In this document: positions 46,001 through 53,006 of the stretch, in pieces
How the letters are laid out: each line of letters starts with the position of its first letter
Position numbering within the stretch: the stretch's first letter is position 1
DNA from: a virus
Lineage: Duplodnaviria; Caudoviricetes
Reading direction: 5' to 3' (one strand)
Length of the DNA stretch: 64,000 nt
Virus record (IMG/VR): IMGVR_UViG_2681813556_000004
Span: 1-64,000 of that record
Notes under the pieces: generated by a model
Seen by the model: the letters and a program-made list of their open reading frames with translations, nothing else
The model's database searches: none
Told to the model about the DNA's origin: nothing
Translations under genes and position numbers: made by a program

Positions 46001-48746
46001 TGTCAGCAACGGTAGTAGGCTTGCGATTCAGGCTTTCCAGATGCTCGCGCGCCGGCACAGCCTCATATTTCGCGGTGTTCAGGGCATCGACCTTTTTGCG
46101 GTCGAATGTCTCCATGACGGTTTCGCCGGTCTCCCGGTTGCGAATGACCCAGCTTGCGCCCGGCCCGGCCTGCTCATCGGTCAAGGATTGCTTGACGGTT
46201 GCAGGCTTGGGCAAAGGCGCCACCCGGTCCAGTTCCTGCAAGGCACCGCGCATCCGTGCGGCGATGGTGTCGCGGTCCATGCCATCGGTGTCGATTGTAT
46301 AGTCCAGATCGCTGCGACCATTGGGGGTCGCCCGGATCACAATCTTGTTCGGGCGGATCAGAACATCGCGCCCCTCAAGCGTTGTGTCGTCGCTGCTGCG
46401 GCCAGAGGCCACGCCCAGAACGCGCCCCCATTCCCGGCGCCGCCGCTCTTTTGCCGCCATGTCGGCTTCCGTGACCGACTTGCCGCCAAGCATATCGGGC
46501 TGGACACGCTGCTCCGGTGGCGTGCGGATCGGCTCGACAGTCGGGCGCGGGCGGGTCGGCGCGGCCTCTGGCTCGGTGCCGGGATCGGTGATCTCCCCGG
46601 TGTCCTGGTCAAACTGCGGGGCCGTCTCCGCGATTTTGCCCAAGGCGTCGTATTTGCGCTTCATCGGCCCAGTCCAGCCGCCTTCGCGCGCACGATCTTC
46701 CATCTGGCGCATCTGCCTGATCGCTTCATCAGGCGTGACAGGCTGCTTTGGCTTCTTTTCCTTGGGCGGCTTGACCTTGCCCAATGCCTGTTGGGACAGT
46801 GCCTCGGTTTCCGGCGCGGCGGGCAGGGTTTCCTGCGTTGGCGACGGCATGGGCGTGGATTGCGCCGGTGCGGGCTTGGCTTCCGATTCAGCGGCTGGTT
46901 GTTGCGCGGTCGGCTGTTCCTGATCCTTCGGCTTGCTCTTGGTGGCCTGTTCCGCGGCCTTGTCCATGTCAGCCGCCTGACGGCGCGCAGTATCGAATGC
47001 CACCGGGTCGAGGTCGATTTCGACGCCATCAACGCGGATCACTACATTACCGTCCGGTGTTTCGCGCTGGAATACCACATCGCGGACGAGCCCGGCCTCG
47101 TCGTCATAGACACGAACGGCCCCGCCGGGCTTCTGGTCAGGGAACATCTGTGGTGCCGGAACCGGCTCCGGTTGGGGCGTCAGATCAGGTGCGAGGCGCG
47201 CCGCAGCCTCGATGGGTCCGGCAGGAGGGATTTCGTCGACCGCCGCGCCCACACCGGAGGGAGAACTCACCGGAGGGGAATCGGGCGCGGCGGTCTGCCC
47301 CCCGGCGCTGCCATCGCCGGGGTATGCGGATTGCGGGCGGAAACCTGCTGGCTGGGATGCTGGTGGGGTTCCATCAGGGGCGGAAGCGCCATCTGCGAAG
47401 ACCGTTCCTCCATCAACCGGCGATGGAAGCTCCAACATCGGTGCCGGAAGGGCCAGCATCGGTGTGGGGGCTTCCGGCTCCGGCTGAGGCTCCTGCTGCG
47501 GACGGCGGGCGCCAAGCGCGCCCATGGGTCCACCGGCCAAAGCACCCGCAGCGGCAGCCTCGATCGCGCCTTCGGTCGGGTTCAAGCTGGTCCCGGCACC
47601 TCGGTTGATCCCGATCCGGGCGCCAGTGCTTTCCAGACCTTCTTGCAAGCCTTCCTCGGTCGCGCCAACGGCAACACCTCGGGCGACGTTCCCGGCAAGA
47701 CTCTTTCCGGCAAGGCTTTGCGGCAGACCCTTGGCCACAAGCCCGCCGGTAATGGCGCCACCGGCGCCGCCGATCATAGCCTGAATGTCACCTGCGGCGT
47801 CCATGGCGCGGCGCCGGGTCTCTTGATAGGCCGCATTCGGGTCCATGCCCTGCGCGGTCAATTCGCGGAACACATCAGACTGCCGGGCTAGTTCCGGCGT
47901 GCCGTCCTCGCCCTTGGCCTTCCACAGATCGTCAATGACCTGCGCGGCGGTTTCACGGCCTTCTCCGCCCGCCATCGCCCCGCCGACACTGGCTGCGGCA
48001 AGGCTGCTGCCACGAGTAGCAATGGCCGTGGCGACGACAGGGGCAAGGCTTCCAAGCCCCTCTGCGCTGACCTGTGCCAGACCGCGCCAGGAGAAGTCCT
48101 CCGGCGCCTTCCATGTCGATGGATCAAGCGGGTCACCTGTCGGCAAGGTCTTTTCCGAGGCTGCCCGCGCCTCTGGCGAAACCGCCGACAGGATGCCCTC
48201 GCCAGCACCCTTCACGGCTTTGCTCGCGGGGTCGGTGAGGCGGGTTGCGACAGCCCCCAAAGGCTCCTGTCGGCCAGTCGCGGCTTGAATGATCCGCTGC
48301 GCAGGATCGGAATTCAGGGCACGGTCGGCCAGGTTTCCGGCGTAGTCGATGGCCCCGCCAACGCCGCGCACTGCGGCACCAAGCGCCCCGGCGCCAAGGT
48401 CTTTGACCAGCGATGGGCCATCTTTGGCGGTCGCGGCCTTTGGCTGTGGATCAAGCTCGTCCGCGATGCGATAGGCCACATCCAATAGATCGTCGCCGCC
48501 CCGCTCACGAAGCACGTCCTCGATCCCGCGCCCGGCTTTCACCTGTGCCGCCATCTCGGCAGCGAGGGCTTCTGCGCGCGCCTCGCTGCGATCCTTGTCA
48601 GTGGACAACACAGCCAGAATGGCGTTGGCAGGGATCCGATGCTTCGCAGCGATCCGGTTCAGCGATACTTTCGGATCTGCATCAGCACTCTGGCGCTTGG
48701 CGCCCAGTGGTTGCACCAAGTCGCCAGCAAAGATGTTTCCTGCCAT
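34095..48746 (-). CDS. 4883-aa polyvalent virion/ejection protein, DarB-like (N6-MTase + SNF2 helicase + accessory domains + PLxRFG)
   Basis: VYEPGMGVGGF and IGNPPF (MTase); AHTVGAGKT, FVDEAH, QRNGRGIRQGN (SNF2); HEIVH; PLARFG; ENAKGSER...YG...DGDHVD (InPase-like); GNAT-like QRQGVST. Confidence 0.92.
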   Translation of the reverse strand: MAGNIFAGDLVQPLGAKRQSADADPKVSLNRIAAKHRIPANAILAVLSTDKDRSEARAEALAAEMAAQVKAGRGIEDVLRERGGDDLLDVAYRIADELDPQPKAATAKDGPSLVKDLGAGALGAAVRGVGGAIDYAGNLADRALNSDPAQRIIQAATGRQEPLGAVATRLTDPASKAVKGAGEGILSAVSPEARAASEKTLPTGDPLDPSTWKAPEDFSWRGLAQVSAEGLGSLAPVVATAIATRGSSLAAASVGGAMAGGEGRETAAQVIDDLWKAKGEDGTPELARQSDVFRELTAQGMDPNAAYQETRRRAMDAAGDIQAMIGGAGGAITGGLVAKGLPQSLAGKSLAGNVARGVAVGATEEGLQEGLESTGARIGINRGAGTSLNPTEGAIEAAAAGALAGGPMGALGARRPQQEPQPEPEAPTPMLALPAPMLELPSPVDGGTVFADGASAPDGTPPASQPAGFRPQSAYPGDGSAGGQTAAPDSPPVSSPSGVGAAVDEIPPAGPIEAAARLAPDLTPQPEPVPAPQMFPDQKPGGAVRVYDDEAGLVRDVVFQRETPDGNVVIRVDGVEIDLDPVAFDTARRQAADMDKAAEQATKSKPKDQEQPTAQQPAAESEAKPAPAQSTPMPSPTQETLPAAPETEALSQQALGKVKPPKEKKPKQPVTPDEAIRQMRQMEDRAREGGWTGPMKRKYDALGKIAETAPQFDQDTGEITDPGTEPEAAPTRPRPTVEPIRTPPEQRVQPDMLGGKSVTEADMAAKERRRREWGRVLGVASGRSSDDTTLEGRDVLIRPNKIVIRATPNGRSDLDYTIDTDGMDRDTIAARMRGALQELDRVAPLPKPATVKQSLTDEQAGPGASWVIRNRETGETVMETFDRKKVDALNTAKYEAVPAREHLESLNRKPTTVADSKPAQGDPQTALPPTNEPQKPVPTREQFEAAAAETNPDPTPAQKEAENYKTAKIDWQGMRLSIENAKGSERKGTSPDGTEWKVTMPAEYGRILRTTGADGDHVDFYMGPNTASESVWVVDQIDPDSGTFDEHKVMLGFDTPADAKATYQAGFSDGRGAARIGGIRKMALPEFKAWLDSGETDTPVSGKAKAGGKISPPPASSESISPVIENIREKAAVLRGVPKDQPPAVSGVSLKWDDKEGGFIFSRKHADKVRDAVMPKPAPKEGTPGVLILNSLQTGKTRIVDTGPSQPRRPGAADVKVENEGEHSVAFRLGDAAMIAFPDAASKTLQADVTEVREDMQRQGVSTALHDKAIEYAAERGWRFLSGYELTEDGRAFYDGLKRKGYDVRLVDLPNGERAYEVRRPEAKPLDGEIITPQDDADVRQAGAKVAGIDLQAAPTPTRAPWWDNADKAMRDAILKEAGPKAEREYRQGMAWDGLSDDGKRALTDAFGRLYRAGTLENTGTIEAPSYQIAGQKPAVGLGDLLSGYERTRDAFGEPTTDQARVTDDGYVVKRQVNRTTITDPKGRQIFAGTHNVDEAKIESVIADARKPEQAARRETPVGSKASDAPVPISPQPTGPRRFDWWWTNNRDQRREALKNAGLDTTVSTGLTSGEVADRLTGEQMETLRTAIFGPESAGAQRRKPASGILSALSEDKQKRADELKARLAAKARNQTSSGLDPEYITLGAELVGLYIEAGTKRFGQMLRDFAESTGLTMREAQAPMRAAYNHVRDTMDLDGQDVSDMDDAKAVLDEVRRAMAEAEASQSKVHSEPESRNVGVDAEPENRRDDNRNNASDDRPSPQEGAGDLQAGTGQAGSLRSDDRTAGRPGNRVAERTGERSGPRRDGQRSGDGSGPGNGTGGRGPVNHVIEPGGLELARGEKTRARESIAAIRTLRTIQQEGRPATAEERATLAKYGGAGTLAGTLPRSDGTIRFPDLAAEIETMTTPEERATLSRTSQYAFYTAESALRSMWTLAQQLGFTGGRVYEPGMGVGGFAGTMPGSLNATYTGLELDHITAQIAAALYPRHNIKNGDFIKEKLPQGFYDLVIGNPPFAGTQIKADPDYPQGFFIHDYFFAKSLDAVRPGGVLMFITSAGTMNKMDSKARDYLADRADLVGAIRLPNTAFKENGTEVTTDIIVLRKRVDSEAEANPAWRQSEVIDLPGSDGTTGQAAVNRYFIENPDMILGEQGLYDTLTAGARVGVRPRPNADLRADLKSVLSQFPSNIMSAPPESVKLDALDADHAETKPGSFYLKDGALWLFDGNTGRKVEPRSRENTKGMPKAAMEAVKALIPIKNALRDVYAADVDGKDASAARKALNDSYDAYVKERGPIGLQHRRTQRPSIVEQESARQQAENDARAAGEPFDIGSFDAGPMIEAGASMAEIARARQEARQAPGYREGTFAPEAMDDKIIVTRPNIDPFMDDPESYRLLAIEKYDEKTDTAQKTRVFTENAVRVSSRPQINSPEDALLHLLGETGRVDPGRIAALSNSTSERVISELEGKIFQNPRTREWETRARYLSGNVVVKLEEAEREARANPEYQPNVDALRAVQPAPVAAQDISVPLGAHWFPTSIYPDFAEALGLELQVEFKPRLGIWLVNGTTTGAKATSEFGTEDRPFGELMGLVMANKKVEVRRTRRNQDGSTDSWVDEEATQAATDKANELQTRFRDWFWSDPARTAEMETLYNRTFNAEVAPKYDGEYLTTPGIHSDWSWRPHQTAVIARILQSGDTYMAHTVGAGKTSAMIGAGMEAKRLGLARKPWYTVPNHMLIQFATEFYQQYPLAKVLVADEKRFHTSRRKQFVADAALGDYDAVIITHSAFQLIPASEASKKAAVEGMLQDVRDVLEGLSGGQFGEDAGMERSVLGALHSMAATLGVDVKGITSGETKTRKKIEALLEAAEQRIARQTSDKGKDAVFDFDETGADMLFVDEAHLFRKLSFATSLGSIKGVDPQGSQQSMDLFIKTRSLAQRNPGRSLVLASGTPITNTMAELYSISRYLQPQALDDRNISAFDSWAATFGTTENALEQAPDGGYKLVTRFAKFVNTPELSLMVRQVMDVVSSKDLEQYVTRPALKDGKRNLIVVEASPELKAYQQQLGARMRMIENRKGPVKKGDDILLSVINDGRLAAIDMRLVDPSAGENNSKLERMINNIYRRWKEGADAPLYGVKKEGGYTDEPLMRGPTTQMVFSTLGVNPSKHNPSFSVHRFIKAQLVAMGVPADEIILAENLTSDARKQRAFNDMNEGKKRILIGSKTLFTGVNAQRRITAIHNLDPLWFPADDEQRNGRGIRQGNMNREIEILDYSAKGTYDATMWQMMARKAGFIEGFFRGDPNVRDMEDLGEASQYEQAKAMSTADPRVLELTELRAERDKLQRRAGAAVRERQQMEAKARGLGRAIAMDREELTFWQPQAAKVQDLSGDAFEARMGGKTYTERKEFGADLISAAEDALAGTGFRHQDKVGTVSGFPLHIEVSHAMNAVTYYIALPRDNEVMVGWSEDPVGMARKVEGALSKIEATPRRIEADIARRERERADVMEGLAKLKGFADQDKLNELAEKVDALEGALLAENAPDEAKESRFDDQEPAARLTGDELGPWEDMLDLQRKARAWYRDNLQGRKVTNTSTGWEVSFTRAAAGKIGGKPLDYLLRAVPALEQIVASAEKTGESEDRFGRAHVRKIHYFQAQVSVAGRQEPIHIVIREMDNGRMFYDLNLGGNIGAPAQGQMDARETRVEPELQIGADTLNLQLAPPKINAAAVPVDSLRDIARMAEAEVAAAGLAGKVTPRVVRGLLGASGVPIQGRQRGALIELNPAARDARGVMRHEIVHALRDPDLWGQPYGLFTAEEWRALVRAARVDADLMARVERAYGDKVTSVQIEEAVAEMYREWATARDAAGPLARIFNKVRGFLQAIASGLRGQGFVSPALVMERIAGGTVGGRGPDGPGAGRMDDREMRDALMRSGAKAKGLIGSHHWKEPGAFVSSILTDAMVGKGRDGEYNLLSLVPGRPLFMELGKRLVSARAYLRTKEEMDALRNAWHGRADAVAQEWLDLRRKDPRANDDMMDLMHRATLAGVDPSKPLPSDHVWLQRAREELSRRGDSAEAWARATLEAAARKAEAHMELKRAYDALPEPFKAMYGKVLAEYTAIADDFDKAVMENLQNATRIGLKRAERAFHKEARRIQDEGLTGQEKTDALAEAQAKLDAVKARGGFAARARLTALRKMFEQNRMKGPYVPLARFGDYFVTVRNEQGEVMSFSRFERESQQQAFVREQEALHPGRVQHGLVSNKGALRSQVDPTFVADVEKVLAESGANFEVMDAVWQRWLETLPDSSIRTSKVHRKGRAGYNRDAYRAFGKHMFHGAHQLARLKYGILLEDHMDEAELEARKSDNPNRMGAVVREMQRRHDFTMEPLTSAWAAGLTNLAFIWYLGATPAAAVANLTQTTVVGIPLMATRFRKAGVSGVSAELARALRDFSKGRGANWRETWSAANAEGLAQDERDALNEAYRRGTIDKTQAHDLAAVAETGVEYSAVRERVMRKIGWMFHHAERLNREVTFLAGYRLAKADGLSGLAAIDAAADMTWEVHFDYQSSSRPRAMQGDLARIVTSMKNFVVNMLWRLFRDTHQSLHGASKQERAEARSQLIGITLSMMAHAGIRGTWGYGLLMMLLGAFFPGGGDDAEEWLQDALLMEGDTPGVAAWNYAMGMAMSGVPGRVLGADLTERVGMPNLWFRGDDRDLEGQDLYDAHMRELLGPVAGIPLGFYRGLDYIGDGDWWRGIEAAVPKAVRDLMKAGRFSTEGAITRNGDPLIEDVSPYQAIMQASGFTPAQLAERYRINNRLRNVERRITDERKSLHREAGDALRSGQPIPEGVIDAIRDFNMRYPEYPITSDTLRQSMLGRIRASERNEFGVSLNPKLNDRIRSERAPAIFN

Positions 48747-48842
48747 AGAACGGCCCCCTTACGGTTCGGTCTATGGCTGTCACATCCTATGGCAGCCTGT
48801 TCCCCTCCTGATACCGTATGATGGCCCCCGCCGACAAGCGCG

Positions 48843-50858
48843 TCAGTTCTTTCGAAGCAAGGGGGGTGGGTCCGATGCTGCGGATTGCCCGGCGCTCGGG
48901 AAGGCGCGGCGGGCTTCTTCGAGTGCAATATCGAAGGTGATCGGGGACTGCTGTCCGGGAAGGACATTCTTGCCTGCCTGCTCGAAAATCATCTTCGCCA
49001 CATCGAAGATGCGCTTTTCGCGATCCTTCTCAGCCGCCTTCGCATCATCACGCGCTGCCTTTTTCGCTCCAAGCGCGGCCTCGTTGGCGGATTTGATCCT
49101 GGCTGCCGTCTCGGTGAAGGCATTGAGGGGATCGGCGGCAGACAAGCCAACCATGTATAGCTGGTTCGGATCGTCATAGACACGTTCGTAGGTATCGCCC
49201 GTAGCCTCGTTGCGGAAGGTGATGACCGCGCCATTCACTGCCCCGGCCTCATCCATGGTAAACCGCGATTGCTCAGGCACGATGGTCGTTCCATCGTTGT
49301 AGTAGCCCAGCCGATTGTAGGCCGCGATGAAGTGTCTGCCAAAGGTCTCCATGTCCTGCTCGCCTGCGGCGACGACCATATGGACATAATCCTTCATCGC
49401 GCGCTTGGTCTCGGCGGTCTGCATGAACTCCTGAAACTTCACCGCGCGGTCGATGTCGCCGTTCCTGACCATCGCCTCGATCAGCTTGGGTACGACAGTG
49501 GTTGTGTACCGATCCATTGCAGAGGTTGCCGCGCGGTCTCGCTGCTGGGACGACAACGGCTTGCGGTCGGACGCGCCGAGAGGGGCGCCGCCTGCCTTTT
49601 GCGCCTCCTCGACTGCGATTGCGGCGGCTGGCCCTACAGCCTGAGCCGCTTGTGCAACTTCCTTCTGCCTGGCTGCTTCGACGGTCGGACCAAGGCGCGC
49701 GCCCGGTGTCGCCGTGTCATTGGGTAGGCTGGCCGGTGGCGCGGGTCGTGCACCCAGGGGTGCATCTGGTGCAGGGGGCGAGGATCCGGCCAACTGATCA
49801 ATCACACTGCCCGGCCCGAACGGAGCATCCTTGACCAACGGGACTTCTTTTCCGGTCGCGTAGCGCACCAAGGGGTTGATTGCACGATTTACCGCATTGG
49901 CGGCGCCACCCAGCATGGGCTCGATCACCCCCTTGTCCACGGCCTCGTTTACGCCACCGACGACAGCCCCAGCCACACGCGGCGCTCGAGTGACAAGCTC
50001 CGCAGCATCACCCATCATCCCGCCATCTTGCCCGAACTGATGATCATAGTTCGGCTGCATGGCCTTGGCCCAGGCATCAGCGCCCGGCTTCAAGGCCGCC
50101 TTAACACGGGCACCAAGGCTTGGCCTCTGTTCCGGCATCGGCTGAACGCCTGGATCAATCTGGCGATCCGGCGGAATGAAGCGGGCGCCGACCGGGCCTT
50201 GCTGATGGAGCTCATCGGCGATTGCGGCGGAAGGCGCAGGTGCGACCAATGTTCCGTCCTGAAGGCGCGGCAGGCCAGAAACGGGGTCATGTCCGGTTTG
50301 CGAAGGCGGTACCGGAGGCAGGGTACCGGCGCCAATCTGCCCGCCCATCACATCGGAACCTGCACCTCCGGCAAGCGTGTCGGCATCCGCACCGCCAGCC
50401 TGTGTCTGCTTTTTCGCCCCAAGGCTTTCCAAGGGCACGGCACGAACAAACGCATCAGCCGCGCGCGTCGGTGCGCCAACCATAGGGAGATTTGAAGCCA
50501 CGCCAGCGACCGCAGCCCCGGCCTCCGGGGTGCCGGATTTCGCCGCAGGTGGGCGGGCACCGAGGGACGCGGGCGCCTCTGGCTCCGCCATGCCTTCCTG
50601 CATGATACGGCGATACTCTTCCTCATTGGCGGCCTGTCGCCGCGCTGAGTCCAGCGTCAGCTTGTCGGCATCGAGACGCACACGGCGCCCTTGCATGTCC
50701 AGGCCGTGGGCCTCGGCAGCACGTCCTTCCCGGCTTTCGAGGATCTGATCCATGCGCTTTTGACGCTCGATCTGGTGCTTCCGATCCTCGCGGCCATCAC
50801 GGTACTCACGGCCCTTGAAGAACCCATCGACAAACGCCGAAAATCCATATGTGCTCAT
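48843..50858 (-). CDS. Internal virion (ejection) protein, putative
   Basis: 671 aa, low-complexity Ala/Gly/Pro-rich; ATGA-coupled; between lysozyme-like gene and giant gene. Confidence 0.75.
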   Translation of the reverse strand: MSTYGFSAFVDGFFKGREYRDGREDRKHQIERQKRMDQILESREGRAAEAHGLDMQGRRVRLDADKLTLDSARRQAANEEEYRRIMQEGMAEPEAPASLGARPPAAKSGTPEAGAAVAGVASNLPMVGAPTRAADAFVRAVPLESLGAKKQTQAGGADADTLAGGAGSDVMGGQIGAGTLPPVPPSQTGHDPVSGLPRLQDGTLVAPAPSAAIADELHQQGPVGARFIPPDRQIDPGVQPMPEQRPSLGARVKAALKPGADAWAKAMQPNYDHQFGQDGGMMGDAAELVTRAPRVAGAVVGGVNEAVDKGVIEPMLGGAANAVNRAINPLVRYATGKEVPLVKDAPFGPGSVIDQLAGSSPPAPDAPLGARPAPPASLPNDTATPGARLGPTVEAARQKEVAQAAQAVGPAAAIAVEEAQKAGGAPLGASDRKPLSSQQRDRAATSAMDRYTTTVVPKLIEAMVRNGDIDRAVKFQEFMQTAETKRAMKDYVHMVVAAGEQDMETFGRHFIAAYNRLGYYNDGTTIVPEQSRFTMDEAGAVNGAVITFRNEATGDTYERVYDDPNQLYMVGLSAADPLNAFTETAARIKSANEAALGAKKAARDDAKAAEKDREKRIFDVAKMIFEQAGKNVLPGQQSPITFDIALEEARRAFPSAGQSAASDPPPLLRKN

Positions 50859-51583
50859 TGCGGCTGGCCTCCGATTGCGCCTAGCGCCCGCGGGCCGAAC
50901 GATCCGCCGCCGGCCTCGAACTGTGCGATTGCCTGATCCAGGTGCGAATCCGGCACATGTTTGAACCCTTCCCATTCCGCGCGCATGGCAATGCGTTTCG
51001 CAGCCGGGCTCCGGGCTGATGACAAGCGCTTGCGGGCCAGATGCTCTGCGATTGCCGTCTGTGTCTGTGGGCTGAATACGGTATCGCCAGACAGACCCAT
51101 CTCAGTCGCCGCATTGCGCAGGGTGGTGCCGACGATCTGATACCGGCCCATGGGGGTGGCAACACGCCCGACCTTGCCTTTCACCCATTGGCCATATTCG
51201 CCGTTCGGGTCCGCGAAATCTCCAAGCTGCGCCAGTGTCATCCTCGACACGTCGATTCCATGGAATCGCCCGCCATTCTGCGAATGCCCAAACAGGGTGG
51301 AGAAGCTGCCGCCACCTTCAGTCTGGTCGATCAGGCCAAGCAGTGTTCCATCGCCATTGACTGGCGTGCGCGGCGCGGCGCCAAGGGTATCGGCGCCAGC
51401 ACTGCCCATCATGTTGCCCATACCGCCGCCGCCGCTGAGCAGTTCGGTGTCGGGACGTGCGCCAAGGGCGGTGATAAGCCGGTCTTGGCGTTCGGCGTCG
51501 GCCAGCCGTTCGGCCCGATCCTTTCGCTTTATCCGCGCGCTTGCAAATCCTTCGGCAAAGGCACCGAGACCTGCGAGGCTCAC
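50855..51583 (-). CDS. Ejection protein with lysozyme/lytic-transglycosylase-like domain
   Basis: TEGGGSFSTLFG...MTLAQL...GRYQIVGTTL...FSPQTQ...EWEGF (lambda-R-like fold motifs). Confidence 0.75.
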   Translation of the reverse strand: MSLAGLGAFAEGFASARIKRKDRAERLADAERQDRLITALGARPDTELLSGGGGMGNMMGSAGADTLGAAPRTPVNGDGTLLGLIDQTEGGGSFSTLFGHSQNGGRFHGIDVSRMTLAQLGDFADPNGEYGQWVKGKVGRVATPMGRYQIVGTTLRNAATEMGLSGDTVFSPQTQTAIAEHLARKRLSSARSPAAKRIAMRAEWEGFKHVPDSHLDQAIAQFEAGGGSFGPRALGAIGGQPQ

Positions 51584-52539
51584 GCTGCGGCCCTCGCCTC
51601 GGACGGGCGGCGCTTGGCCCCAAGAGTCTGGGTCAGCTTCTCCACCTTGGCATCAAGCTGTCGAACCGCGCCCATCGTCACGCCCATCATCGTGATCGGG
51701 TCAATGGCCGTGCCATCGCCCTTGCCAGTGGCAGCGGCGAAGTCTTCGGCATAGGGGCCCACATGGGTTCCACCGTCTCCGGCACCCTCGTTATAGGTCC
51801 ATTTCTCCACCGGCATCTTGCGGATCGCCCCGAGCGAGTCGAATGCCTGCTTGTCGTGCTTGATTTCCTTCGACGATGGGATGAATGCGCCCGCCAATGT
51901 CCCCAGCGCGCCGAGAACACCGCCGATGCCCTGCTGATTGGCCTGCCATGCCTGCATTCGGTTCTGATGGTCCTGATTCAAGATATTGGCCTGCTGCCCA
52001 TACCCACTCATGGCGCCGGAGAACCCGGCCTGTGAGGCGCCGTTCGACAGCCCCATCGAGGTTGCCGGGTTCACGGCGAGCCCGGACCCCATGTTGATGG
52101 CATTGGCGCGCTTTGCTTCCGCCTCCTGCATGACATTGCGGCGCGCGGTATTGGCGGCGCCGGCCGATGCCAGCGCAACCGCATTGCCCTGCGTGCGCGA
52201 AGCTTCTGCGAACCGGCCAGAATCCGGGGACACACCCATGGCCATCGCGGCTCGGCGCTGCTGGTCCTGCGCTTGCGACGATGCAAGCTGGACATCGGCC
52301 ACCGATTCCCGCGCGGCCTGTTGCTGTCGGGCCGGGCTGTCCCAAGTCTGGGCTTCCGCAATGTACTGATCTTGCAATGGAACAAAGACACGCTGCTGGC
52401 GCGTCCGGTCCTCATCGGCCCAACGATTGGTGGTCGTGGCCTGTTGCTGCATCCAGGCCAGCATTTCGCGGCCCGTTTCAGCCGACATCTTGGCCGCGAT
52501 ACCCATATTCGGATCTTGAGCTGGCGCACTTCCACCCAT
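51580..52539 (-). CDS. Ejection protein with C-terminal intramolecular-chaperone (peptidase S74-like) domain
   Basis: Gln/Ala/Gly-rich body; PSSKEIKHD...LGAIRKMPVEKWTY...HVGPYAEDF. Confidence 0.7.
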   Translation of the reverse strand: MGGSAPAQDPNMGIAAKMSAETGREMLAWMQQQATTTNRWADEDRTRQQRVFVPLQDQYIAEAQTWDSPARQQQAARESVADVQLASSQAQDQQRRAAMAMGVSPDSGRFAEASRTQGNAVALASAGAANTARRNVMQEAEAKRANAINMGSGLAVNPATSMGLSNGASQAGFSGAMSGYGQQANILNQDHQNRMQAWQANQQGIGGVLGALGTLAGAFIPSSKEIKHDKQAFDSLGAIRKMPVEKWTYNEGAGDGGTHVGPYAEDFAAATGKGDGTAIDPITMMGVTMGAVRQLDAKVEKLTQTLGAKRRPSEARAAA

Positions 52540-52547
52540 GGCTTACC

Positions 52548-53006
52548 TCACACCCCGCGCACAGCGGGATCGGTTGCATCATCGGCAGTGCGCTGGAGCG
52601 CATCCCCTCGTTCCAGCACCATCACGATAGCATCCCTGCCACCCCTCAATCCACCCCGGATGCGGTATTCAAAGCTGGCACCACATTTCAGGGCAGCGGC
52701 TTGCGCAGCCCGGTTGTCCGCGGCGATATGAGCGAACAGTCGCGGCAGGTTCATCCCTCGCGGATGCGTTGCCATGGCGATCAGGCTTTCGATGATGCCG
52801 CGTGTCAGCCGACGACCGGGCGCGAGGCCGAAATGGAACTCAGCACCGTTCACGTCCATGTTCTGGAACACCGCAACACCGAGCAGATCGCCGTCAGGCG
52901 CGTCATAGATGCCCCATGCGACCACATCCGCGCGCCAGCCAGTCGAGTGGGTGAGGTGGAGGGCGGTCTCAAGAAGCCGGGTCTGATCCATGCGAGAAAA
53001 GTGCAT
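52548..53006 (-). CDS. GNAT-family protein preceding the ejection genes
   Basis: LLGVAVF...AEFH...DNRAAQAAALKCGASFE; position analogous to P22 gp14 / T7 gp13. Confidence 0.7.
   Translation of the reverse strand: MHFSRMDQTRLLETALHLTHSTGWRADVVAWGIYDAPDGDLLGVAVFQNMDVNGAEFHFGLAPGRRLTRGIIESLIAMATHPRGMNLPRLFAHIAADNRAAQAAALKCGASFEYRIRGGLRGGRDAIVMVLERGDALQRTADDATDPAVRGV

Noticed and set aside
34095-48746. Intein or intron within the giant gene
   Set aside because: Frame is uninterrupted and I saw no HINT splice-junction motifs
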